From: Octopus vulgaris
Taxonomy: Eukaryota
Length of the DNA: 64,000 nucleotides
Direction of reading: 5' to 3'
Assembly (NCBI GenBank): GCA_951406725.2
Contig: OX597817.1
Span: 89,900,001 to 89,964,000 of the forward strand
The first letter of the stretch is position 1. Each line of letters begins with the position of its first letter. Of this stretch, positions 53,268 to 64,000 are shown one piece after another. The translations under genes were made by a program, and so were the position numbers. The notes beneath the pieces are model-generated. The model saw only the letters and a list, made by a program, of their open reading frames with translations. It did not search any database and was not told the origin of the DNA.

Positions 53268-54501
53268 TCATCATCATCATCGTTTAACGTCCACTTTCCA
53301 TGCTAGCATGGGTTGGACGGTTCAACTGGGGTCTGGCAAGCCCGAAGGCTGCAACAGGCCAGTCAGATCTGGCAGTGTTTCTACAGCTGGATGCCCTTCC
53401 TAACGCCAACCACTCCGAGAGTGTAGTGGGTGATTTTATGTGCCACCAACACAGGTGCCAGACAAGGCTGGCAGACGACCATGCTCGGATGGTGTTTTTT
53501 ATGTGCCACCGACACAGGTGCCAGACGAGGCTGGCAGACGGCCACACTCGGATGGTGTTTTTTATGTGCCACCAACACAGGTGCCAGACGAGGCTGGCAG
53601 ACGGCCACGCTCGGATGGTGTTTTCTTATGTGCCACCGACACAGGTGCCAGACAAGGCTAGCAGACGACCATGCTCGGATGGTGTTTTTTATGTGCCACC
53701 GACACAGGTGCCAGACGAGGCTGGCAGACGGCCACGCTCGGATGGTGTTTTTTATGTGCCACCAACACAGGCGCCAGACGAGGCTGGCGAACGGCCATGC
53801 TCGGATGGTGTTTGTTACGTGCCCACAGCACAGAGGCCAGTCGATGCGGTACTGGCTATGGTCACATTCGGATGGTTTTCTTATGTGCCACCGGCACTGG
53901 TACCACAAGGATACAAATTCCATTGATGTTCATCTATTTTGATTTGGTTTGATTTGATTTTGATTTTGATTTTGATTTTCACTTGCCTCAACAGGTCTTC
54001 ACAAGTGTCACAAGAAGGAAGGTATGCACAGGTGGACTGACTACGTCCCAGGTAGGGCCCACGGGTTATGGCTTCACTAGTCTTGCCGGGTCTTCTCACG
54101 CACAGCATACTTCCATAGGTCTCGGTCTCTAGTCATTTCCATGGTGAGACCTAACGTTCGAAGGTCGTGCTTCACCACCTCGTCCCAGGTTTTCCTGGGT
54201 CTACCTCTTCCACGGGTTCCCTCAACTGCTAGGGATTGGCACTTTCTCACACACCTATCTTCATCCATTCTCGCCACATGACCATACCAGCGCAATCGTC
54301 TCTCTTGCACACCACAACTGATGCTTCTTAGGTACAACATTTCTCTCAAGGAACTAACGCTCTGTCGAGTAAGTACACTGACATTACACATCCATCGGGA
54401 GCATACTGGCTTCATTCCTCATGAGCTTACGCATGTCCTCAGCAGTCACGGCCCATGTTTCACTGCCATGTAGTATGGCAGTTCGTACACATGCATCATA
54501 C
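53268..54501 (-). mobile_element. Young 5'-truncated RTE LINE, same family as 3391-4532, with an expanded 3' UTR array
   Basis: Minus-strand peptide RWMCNVSV...[14 protein letters not shown]...[22 protein letters not shown], nearly identical to the 3.4-kb copy; (ATC)n tail at 53268. Confidence 0.95.
53438..53882. repeat. 63-bp tandem repeat (6 well-conserved units plus 1 degenerate) inside the RTE 3' UTR
   Basis: Unit starts at 53438, 53501, 53564, 53628, 53691, 53754 and 53817. Confidence 0.95.
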
Positions 54502-54649
54502 TTTACTTACTTTAATCAAATCAGTGATGACCCTCTGAGACCATTGCAGTAGTGTTTACAGATGCTGAGAGAAAAATAATCTGTTGGGAAGGGGCTTGAA
54601 TGCTAGTGAGTGAAGGCATTTGCCTAGTAAGCTCATGATGATGATAATA

Positions 54650-55680
54650 TTTCATTCTGAAGTTGGCACAGGGACTCAAATTTTGTGAGAGTGCACTAGT
54701 TGATTTCATTAACCCCAATGCTTAACTGGTACTTATTTTATTGACCTCAAAAGGATGAAAGACAAAGTCGACCTTGACATAATTTGAACTCAGAACAAAA
54801 GGATGGATGAGATGCTGCTAGGCTTTTTGCCCAGCTTGCTGATGGTTCTGCCAACTCGCTTCCACAATAATAATAATGGTAAAACATTATTTCTGCTATG
54901 TGCACAAGACCTAAAATTTTGGAGGACGAGACATGCTGATTATATCAACCCCAGAGCTTAACTAGTACTTATTTCATCAACCCCAAAAGTATGAAAGGCA
55001 ATGTTGACTTAGATGAAATTTGAATCCAGAGCATAAATATAGATGAAACACTGCTATGCATTTTGCTCAGCGTGCTAATGATTTTGTAAGCTTGTCACCT
55101 TAAGGCCAGCAGTTTTAAGGAAGAGTAGTTGATACAATCAACACTAATTGTAGTTTGTTATATCAACTCAGGGGAGATGAAAGGCAAAGTTGATCTCAAC
55201 ATAATTTGAACTTAGAACATTAAGATTCAGAAGAAATATTGCAAAGCATTATTCACATGTCTTGAAATTTGAAGGAAGGAGCTAGTTGATTATATTGTCT
55301 TTTTAGTTTTAGACTGATGTTCTTATTGACCCATAAAAGGATGACAGGATTTGGACTTGAGAATGTAAAGAACTGGAAGAAATATAGGAAACCGTTGTTT
55401 CCAATGTTCTAATGATTTTGCCAATCCACTACCTTAATATATTGGCTTCAAATTTTGGCAGAAGTTTAGCAAGGTTTGGGGGAGGGGCTGAGTTGATTAC
55501 AGTGACCCCAGTGCTCAACTGGTACTTATTTTATCTACCCTGAAAGGGTTGAAAGGCAAAGTTGACTTCGGTAGAATTTGAACTCAGAACATAGACGAAC
55601 AAAATGACACTGAACATTTTGCCTCGTACAGTAGCAATTCTGCCAGCTCACTGCCTTTTTAATATATTAGGGCTCACTGC
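54650..55680 (-). mobile_element. Head-to-tail cluster of about 5 family D (Nin) SINEs
   Basis: Repeated ggtacttatttt...aaaggatgaaaggcaaagttgacc...aatttgaactcagaac. Confidence 0.85.
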
Positions 55681-57469
55681 CCTAATATATTAATAATAGT
55701 AATAATAGTTTGTAACAGACAGAAATTTGTGAGTAATGTTAGGTGATGTTATATGGATTTTATTTTGTTGTTTTATAACCTCAAGCCAGCCCTGGTTGAG
55801 CAAGTCTGTGTTCAGACATTTCAGCCATGAGTAACCCATCTTTATTTTTGTCACTGTGTCCATTCTTTAACATACTAGTGTGTAATTTGCAGGACATTTG
55901 CCTGCTATTTCTAAAAGTTTGAGTGTATATTCTTCAGTTGTTTTTAAATGTGTGAAATATTTGTTTGACACAAGTTTATCAATTTTCCATAAGCAAGTAC
56001 AATGACATTAGTATTTTGAATTTCATTCTCTGATCATGAATTATAATTTTCATATGAAGTTCCCTGATAATTTTAGAATTGTCTCTGTTGACCTTGAGTT
56101 CTGCAATTGAACTAATTGATAAGGGTTTTCTTTTTAAATATTTTTTAGAATATTTTTTTTGCGTATCTTTTGTCTTTTCATTTAACTTTTTCATTTTCTT
56201 GCATGAGCTTGAAACTTCAGATTAACCAAAGGGTAGGCTGTATGGGTGAGATCATGACATTTCAGGCTTTTGTCAAGGTCAAAGGTTAGTTTTGACATAG
56301 TCAACAGAAAGCAGTTCATTAATTCATTTTCACATGAGCAATAGTGATATGGAGTTGGTGGGTTAAGAACTGAAGGGGTGTATAGTAACTTTGTTTGGTG
56401 TCTATAAAGACCATAAGAATTAGTTGATACAGGACTATGCTGCCTAGTGTTTTCATAGTCATACAGGATCATAAGAACTGAAGATGGCGGGCTGAAGTGT
56501 TTAGTATTTCCATGCAGGTCTAACTCTAATAACTTAAAAAAAAAGCAAGGCCTTTGTAGTTCAGTTTTTTCATGGTGAACCTAGATCACAAATGGCAACT
56601 CAGTAATGTGAGCAAACAAAACTTGTTTATTTATAAGTACTACTGTAGCTTTTAGTGAGTGGTACCTATATACAGCTTGAAGGGCTATACTATTTCATGG
56701 TACCTATTTACAGCTAGGCAGACTGGACTACTCAGTGGTAGCTATTCAAATCTTGCCGTTTAACTTTCTGTGGTTAATAAAATAAAATGCTAATTGAGTA
56801 CTTGGGGTGGGGATATAATTAGCTGTATATATATGTTTAGAACTTTCAGTATCATAAGAGCATTGGCAGAATCATTAGAGCATTGGCAAAAATGCTTTGC
56901 AGCATTTATTTCTGTTCTTTACTTTCTTAGTTCAAATCCCACTGAGCTAAACTATTCATTCCTCCATGGTTGATAAAATAAACTAACTGAAGTCAATGAT
57001 GTAGACCTCACCTCCATTGCCTCAAATTGCTTGCCTTATACCTTACTCAAGAATAATTTGTTTTTATTATTGCTGTGATACTGAAAAGATTAAAGTCAGA
57101 AACTTTCCGCTCCTGCCAAACCCTCAACTTTTCAAGTTCTACTTGGAAAAAGGAAAGTAATGAAATGCTCTCTGCCATTGAATTTGTCACTGGATGGATG
57201 ACTGTCAAAAAGGGTTTGAACAGATAAAACTACTATGTACCTATAGGTGACAAAGCAACACTTAAAATAGGGTGCTTGCTTTTGATAGTCATGGTGATCT
57301 TGGTTCTGTTGGAATTCCCTTACTGGTTCTAGATGGAGATCATTCTCTATCAAATAGACCGTATCATCCATACCCCCTCCATTTCCCCACCACCACACTG
57401 TCTAAGATGTCTTTATAGTGACCTCTCCATCCAACATTCTTGTGGCAAATAAATCATTATTATTATTGT

Positions 57470-57668
57470 ACTGGCAGAATTGTTAGCATGTTTAGCATTT
57501 CGTCTGTCTTCATATTCTGCGTTACCGAGGCTGATTTTGCCGTTCATCATTTCGGGATCAATAAAATAAGTATCAGTTGAGTACCAGGGTCAATGTAATG
57601 AACTTTCCCTTCTCCTGAACCTGCTGGCTCTGTACCAAAATTTGAAATCATTATTATTGTTATTATTT
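57470..57668 (+). mobile_element. Family D (Nin) SINE, + orientation
   Basis: ctggcagaattgttagc...ccgaggctgattttgccgttcatcatttcgggatcaataaaataag, with an (ATT)n tail. Confidence 0.75.
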
Positions 57669-57994
57669 AACATAGAAGGGTGTTTAAGATCCCCTTCACC
57701 CTGCTCCACCACAAAAACACACACACACACACATGTATGCAGCAGTAAGTTAACAGCTTAACATTCCACAGGTTTATGACAGTAATTTGCATTCATTCCT
57801 CTCTTGTCCTCCACCTCCTTCACACTCTTTAAACTCAGGAATTAGTAAATCAACAAAAAAGGAAATAATCTTTTGGTTGTGTTTCATTATAGTTGTTGTC
57901 ATGTTTGAACTGGATTGTGTGTGTGTGTGTCTGGTAGTGGTGGTGCTGTGTTAGCTGCCATACCAGTTGTCCATTAGAACTTATTACTAGTTTC

Positions 57995-58400
57995 ATGAAC
58001 AACCATCACTGTCACCACTACCACAACCATCATTGTTACTATCATCAAAATGGCCATCATTTACTATCACCCACCCCACAACTACTAGTGTTACCCCCCC
58101 CCATCATTGCTATAACCACAACCATTATAATCATAATCACAATCACCCACACTGCTACCATCACTATCACTGCCATCATCATCATTACCACCACTGCCAC
58201 TACTATTATCATCACCACAGCCTCCACTCCTACCCCTATCATTACCACTATCATCACTATTACTAAAATTTCTTTTCTGTAATTTCAGTACTATTATCAC
58301 TACTAACTACAGCCACCACCATACACTCTATAGCAACTACTATTGTCAGCCTACACACTACCTGTAATCTGTCATTATCACTATGGTTCCCCACCCCATA
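57995..58400. repeat. (CAT/CAC/TAC)n low-complexity tract
   Basis: Directly visible. Confidence 0.85.
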
Positions 58401-58489
58401 CTATTAAGCCCTCATCTTCCCCTCCAACAGGCGACCATCCCGCATCACAAGCACTACCATCCTAGTTATAAAGTACTCCTTACACCAGT

Positions 58490-58698
58490 ATATGGCACTC
58501 CATTGGTTATGATGACTAGGGTTCAAGTTGATCCAATCAATGGAACAGCCTGCTCATGAAATTAACATGCATGTGGCTGAGCACTCCACAAAGATGTGTA
58601 TCCTTAATATAGCTCCCAGGAAGATTCAGCGTGACACACAGTGTGACAAGGCTGGCCCTTTGAAATACAAGTACTACTCATTTTTGCCAGCTGAATGA
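58490..58698 (-). mobile_element. SINE family B, 3' part
   Basis: Reverse complement of 2455-2650. Confidence 0.8.
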
Positions 58699-59857
58699 AA
58701 ATGTATGTGGTATTGATGGTATATCTCACTTGAATAGGACACACATACACAGCTATTTGTAACCTTTGAACACACTCCCTGTAGTATGGATCAGGGTGAA
58801 TCAGGAATGGTAGTGATGAGGAGGAAGGGAGACCACTTATCTATGTTTGAGAGAGAGAGAGGTGGAATGAACTTTTGAGTTGATTAGTGATAGGGAATTA
58901 TTTGAGCAGCTCAGAGCCTTGAGGTATCTATCTCCATCTGCTTCGTTCTTTCTCTGGTAATGGTAAAAAAAAATCCTTCGCAGCCTCTCTACATTGTCCC
59001 TCCCCATTTTAATATTTCTCTTTCTCAATGCTGGCAAGTGATGGACAGAAAAGCGGCATTGTGATAAATCTGCCAATAAACATTGTCATTATCATCAACA
59101 AACATACCTAATCTTGACCTACTTGTAGCTATAATCATCATTAGAGATTGACATCATTGACTAGTCTTCCTTACCCACAATGTTTGAACTTGTATCTTTT
59201 AAAAATTGTTAGAAGACTTAGTATAGTTAGTGGTCTTGTAAGAAATGTTTCAATTGTGTATGTTCTGTATTTGCTTTTACTTAAGACCCAAATCAGCTTT
59301 GGTGCAACAGCCTCTTGATTAAAGATGTCTTAGTCTTAACCATCCTATTTTTCCTAGCCACAATCCACCTTTGACTACATTATCTCCCACTGTCGTCTTT
59401 GAAATCAGGAGCTACTTGCAAGAATCTAGGATTACACAAGTGGCCACATCAGTGAGATGGGATGGTTATATCTAGAAAAATGGCGGATTGAATGAACACA
59501 TAGATGTTCTTCAGCTTATGTACCTGTACTCTCAATGGCTTTGTAGATCATGCTATTTACACAGGTCATTAACAAAGATGTGTTTTGTAAGGGAATTTTC
59601 TTTTTAACTTCTTTCTGTCTTTGTCAATGAAAACCTGTCAGAATTCTCGTTTCCCTCTGGTGATATTCGGGTTCAAACCTGTTTCTTAAGCCAATCATTT
59701 ACTTAACTTGCTAACATAAGTATTTGGCAGGAGGTCTGTTCTTTCCCCACCCAATTTTTTGTTGTTATTGTTTAACCTCAGGTCTACTTTGATTGATCAG
59801 ATCTATAATCAGACATTCTTGCTTTTTTTTGAGGAATCTAGGACAACATTAATGTTC

Positions 59858-60222
59858 TTGTGGCTTAGTGGTTAGGGTCATATGTTCAGTGCCTGGTGAC
59901 ATATTGTTTCCTTGAACAAGACACTTTATTTCATGTTGCTCCAGTTCACTCAGCTGGCAAAATGGAATTGTACCTTTATTTCAAAGAGCCAGCTTGTCAC
60001 TTTCTGTGTCATGCTGAATCTCCCATGAGAACTATTTTAAGGTTACACATGAGATGTAGGAGTGGCTGTGTGGTAAGTAGCTTGCTTATGAACCAAATGG
60101 TTCTGAGTTCAATCCCACTGCGTGGCACCTTGGGCAAGTGTCTTCTACTATAGCCTTGGGCCAACCAAAGCCTTGTGAGTGGATTTGGTAGACGGAAACT
60201 AAAAAGAAGCCTGTCATATATA

Positions 60223-60263
<41 letters not shown>

Positions 60264-60520
60264 GTGTGTGTATGTTTGTGTCTCTGTTTGTCCCCCCAAC
60301 ATCACTTGACAACCGATGGTGGTGTTTACATCCCTGTAACTTAGCGGTTTGGCAAAAGAGATTGATAGCATAAGTCCTGGGGTCAATTTGCTCGACTAAA
60401 GGCGGTGCTCCAGCATGGCCACAGTCAAATGACAAACAAGTAAAAGAATATGTCTATGGAGTGCACTCATTCATTGAGTTCATGAGCAGGCTGTTCCATT
60501 GATTGGACCAACTATCACAT
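59858..60520 (+). mobile_element. SINE family B interrupted by a full family A SINE
   Basis: The B sequence breaks at ...ttaaggttacacat (60050) and resumes at tgtctatggagtg (60451). Confidence 0.8.
60055..60450 (+). mobile_element. tRNA-derived SINE family A, full length (reference copy)
   Basis: A box TGGCTGTGTGG, B box GAGTTCAATCCC, CORE-like accttgggcaagtgtctt, internal (TA)/(TG)n, tail aaacaagtaaaagaata. Confidence 0.88.
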
Positions 60521-61115
60521 TCATTGTTCTGACAGTAAAGTATGATTTGAAGGATATTTTTCCTGCTGTTTCTAGCTGGTTAAGTGACCTCTTAGAAGCC
60601 TTTCACTGGCTCACTATTTTCTTTGCTTTTCTCGAAAAACAAAGGAAAAACTTCCAAAATATATTACCCTGTGAAAATTATATGTGTTTTAGAGAGAATC
60701 TATTCTTTCTGTTTTCCCAGTCTTTCTCAGTAAAAATCTGCTAGAATTCATGTTTCCCTGTGGAGATATTTAGGTTCAAGATTTTTTTCACCCCCAATCA
60801 AACCAGCTGGCATATCAGATCAGCAACATGCCCCTCACCCCCTCCATCTCCTTGACATAAATAATGAATCACTGACACATACTTCTCCACACTTCCACAC
60901 TATACTGTCTGTGTGTGTATTTATATTCTACTTCTCTCTCTCTCTCAAATATTTCTATACTCTTTCTGACACTTGTCTTTTTGTACTCTTCCCTCTCTCC
61001 CCCTCTGTTTCTCTTGTGCCAACCCATCTTTTTCTCTACTCATTTACACATATGCACTTATTTCCTACCATTTTTGTAAATACATGCTTCAACATAGACC
61101 AACTAACACACACAC

Positions 61116-61522
61116 ATGATGTGGTTGTGTGGTCAAGAAGTTTACTTCCTAATCATATGGTTTTCAATTCAGTCTTACTGCATGTCACCTTGGGCAACTC
61201 CTATTATAGTCCCAGACCAACCAAGGCTTTGTGAGTAGATTTGGTTGATGGAAACTGAAAGAAGCCTGTTGTGTATGTGTGTGTTTTTGTGCATACATGT
61301 ATACACACACACACACACACGTGCACATCTGAGCATGTGTGTGTGTAATCTTATAGACATCACATGTCGGTTATAAGTCTTCTGTTAAAATCATGCCTGG
61401 CCATGAAGAAATATTATTTTGTTTGGAAACAGGTTAAGGTTGACATGAGGAAGGACATCTGGCTGCAGGAAATCTATCTCATGACTCATGGAAGTATGGA
61501 AAAGTGGATATTAGATGATGAT
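61116..61522 (+). mobile_element. SINE with family A head and RTE-derived tail
   Basis: Family A head to ~61270; ends aggaaggacatctggctg...atggaaaagtggatattagatgatgat. Confidence 0.7.
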
Positions 61523-61784
61523 ATAAAATTTTGTGCAAAGTGTATGATGGCTAAGTGGATAAGGCACTCAACTACTTACATCATGGATTATCAGGAGTTC
61601 AAATCCATTGCAGGAATTTTATTTTTGGACACACTATTATTCTACATTGTCTCAAGTTCCCTAAGAACTAATATTCTGGTGCTGATTGAATGTGAAGCCT
61701 TAATTTTTCATCTGTCAGTCTCATTTTATGCACAGTGGATGTAAGGCTAAAATTTAAAAAAAAGATTTTTTAATACTTTTTTTT

Positions 61785-62310
61785 ATTAACCCTGGAAGAA
61801 TGTAAAGCAAGAATGACCTTGTGAGGATTTGAATTCAAAATGGAAAGGGCCACGGAAAACATAAGCATGTTTCTGATGTTTTATAGTGCTTATGCCAATT
61901 TACCATTCTTTATTATAGTAGTAGTAGTAGTGGTTTCAAATTTTAACACAAGGCCAGTAATTTTGCAGGAGAAATAGGTTGATTACATTGGCCCTAGTGT
62001 TCAGCTGGTACTTATTTCATCAACCCCCAAAAGGATGAAAGGCAAAGTCGACCATGATGGAATTTGAACTCATATAAGGGCGGATGAAATGCCATTAAAG
62101 ATTTTGCCCAGCATGCTAATGGTTCTGCCAGCCCACTGCTTTAATAATAATAATCCTTTCTACTATTTTGATATTTTGGAGAGGCGGCTAGTTGATTATA
62201 TTGACTTGGGTACTTGACTGGTATTTATTTCATTGACCCCAAAAAAGTTGAAAGGCACAGTCAACCTTGAACTGAGAGCATAAAGACGGAAAAAAAAGAT
62301 GATACATTTT
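61785..62310 (-). mobile_element. Cluster of about 3 family D (Nin) SINEs
   Basis: Same motifs, with (TAG)n/(AAT)n linkers. Confidence 0.8.
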
Positions 62311-63479
62311 GCTGGTGTATATTGTTGTTTTGGACTGGGACTGCCCCACAACCATCCAATTATATGCAATCTGAGAACATCGTTTCCTGTCTGTTATCTA
62401 AGTCATTCCATATACTTGAGTCTCTCACATCTTCTTGTAGTTAGTTGGGTCACATGTTAGGAATAGATATATGCTGTATATACATATTTACATACATATT
62501 CATAAATATGTGAACTCTCTCATGTACCCACATATATATTTACATATACATGTTTTATTTTTAAGGCTTCATTGAGGAGAGTGATGACAGTACACATGGC
62601 TCTTTTTTTTAGGGACTCCAAGACTGTTAAAAGATATATTTTAAAGTGTAGGCATACCTAATCTTTATCCTAATCCAAGTCATCTATCTTCACCTTTGTC
62701 TAGTTCTGCTGTTCTAAATAACCTTGATCCTTTCTTTCATCCACCCAGCCACCCACTCCTTTTCTGAATACCCTCATTGGTCACCTGAGCAAATATACTC
62801 ACCCTTGGTTATTGTGTACTCTTGATTATTATTTGCTCCCCTCACCCACTTCTTGTCTCACAGCTGGTATGGCTTCCCACTATTACCACCCTGTGGTTTA
62901 CATGCCTGAGCTCTGAATATTGTTACATCATCTTGTGTACAAAACACCACCTTACCTCTAACCTTAAGCTTTCCTCTACTGGTGTTAGCTGACAACTTGC
63001 ACTCCCTCAAAGTGATGAGTAAGTGAGGCAATCACTTTCTAGTGTTGCTTCAAGTATATGCTGCAGAAGGGTTGATAGACTGGGTAGAGAATGCATATAC
63101 TTTTTAGGTCCCTTTGCTCAAACTCATTAGTATTGGTTCCATGAAAAACACACCCACTGCACTGTGTGAAGTGGATGGTGATAAGAAAAACATCCGGTTG
63201 TGGAAACCAGATCAGATGATACTTCTATGGAAGCAGCAGCTCAATATATGACGATTTAGACCATGATGACCCATCTAACCTGTGCTGGCAAGGAAAGTAG
63301 ATGTAAAAATGATTCTGATGATGAACTGCATTGTGACTTTCCAAGTGCCCTATGTATGCAGATTGGGAGAAAGGGAGGTTGGGATCAAGGCAGATTGTTG
63401 ATGTTTCTTTACCAAGAGATGTGCCTTCCTCATGTTTTGTGTTATTTCATTATTTAGAAGGTAGGATAGTGGATGATTG

Positions 63480-63720
63480 CCTTTGTGGTGTAGGCGGGAG
63501 AGTGATTGAAGGTTACAATATTTGAAACAGAGGTTGCTGTCGGTAATAGGTTCAAAAGGTTAGCCATCTGTCTGTTGGAAGCTATAATGATAGGGAATAG
63601 GATAATGTTGATGATGATGGTGATAAAATTGATGATGATGATTGATGACAATAATACTAGTAATGATGACAATGATGTTTATGATTCTGATAGTGGTTGT
63701 GATGATGGCTGTGATTGGTG
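63480..63720. repeat. (GAT)n-rich low-complexity tract
   Basis: Directly visible. Confidence 0.8.
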
Positions 63721-64000
63721 TGTAAAAATCTCAATGTTAAACAAACTCTTTCAGGAAGTTACTAACTGTAAAAGAATTTGTCAGATTTGCACTTTTTCTT
63801 TTTCCAGAACCATGTTTTCCAAGCTTCACTCTCAGTTTTTACTGTATCTTCCTGTTTGGCATTCTGTCAGTCTGGCTGGCCTTTGTCTCAACAGCAGCAG
63901 TATCATGTTTCTAACATAACTATGTTATCAGTAATAGTCAAGAGGTGGTGGTGATGGTGAGCTTGTTACACTAGCTCTGTCAGCCAGTCTCCACCTCACT

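Noticed and set aside
53438-53882. CRISPR-like appearance of a regularly spaced palindromic repeat
   Set aside because: Units are contiguous tandem copies with no unique spacers, lie inside a LINE 3' UTR, and there are no cas genes.
53300-53942. ORFs of 170-208 aa on both strands
   Set aside because: They are by-products of a stop-poor 63-bp (multiple of 3) repeat.
58837-59076. 79-aa non-repetitive minus-strand ORF (also 56191-56472)
   Set aside because: No recognisable motif or convincing splice structure; possibly decayed TE sequence, but unsupported.
61838-61855. KWKG-encoding sequence as chromodomain continuation
   Set aside because: It lies within a decayed Nin-SINE, with no acceptor or further motif.

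Overview
AT-rich, microsatellite-laden animal genomic DNA. The repeat families (tRNA-headed CORE-like and Nin-domain SINEs, RTE LINEs with (GAT)n tails) look like those of an octopod cephalopod; this is inferred from recognition, not from a database search. Almost every ORF in the supplied track is a microsatellite or low-complexity artefact. One host coding exon is credible: 10194-10358 (+), which starts a chromodomain protein most resembling MPP8/MPHOSPH8. I found no exon 2, so the remaining ~53 kb is probably intron 1. A weak candidate for a divergent minus-strand gene start lies near 9.1 kb. The rest is RTE and L2/CR1-like LINE fragments, at least five SINE-like families (often nested or in head-to-tail arrays), piggyBac-like and hAT-like MITEs, fold-back elements and simple repeats. 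The most notable unexplained structures are: a fold-back element carrying a variant minimal hammerhead-like motif; a 63-bp hairpin array with higher-order structure in an RTE 3' UTR; SINEs with swapped tails; and an apparent CpG-retained to CpG-depleted transition near 25.4 kb. There is no prokaryotic system or CRISPR array. Repeat boundaries are approximate unless TSD/TIR coordinates are given.
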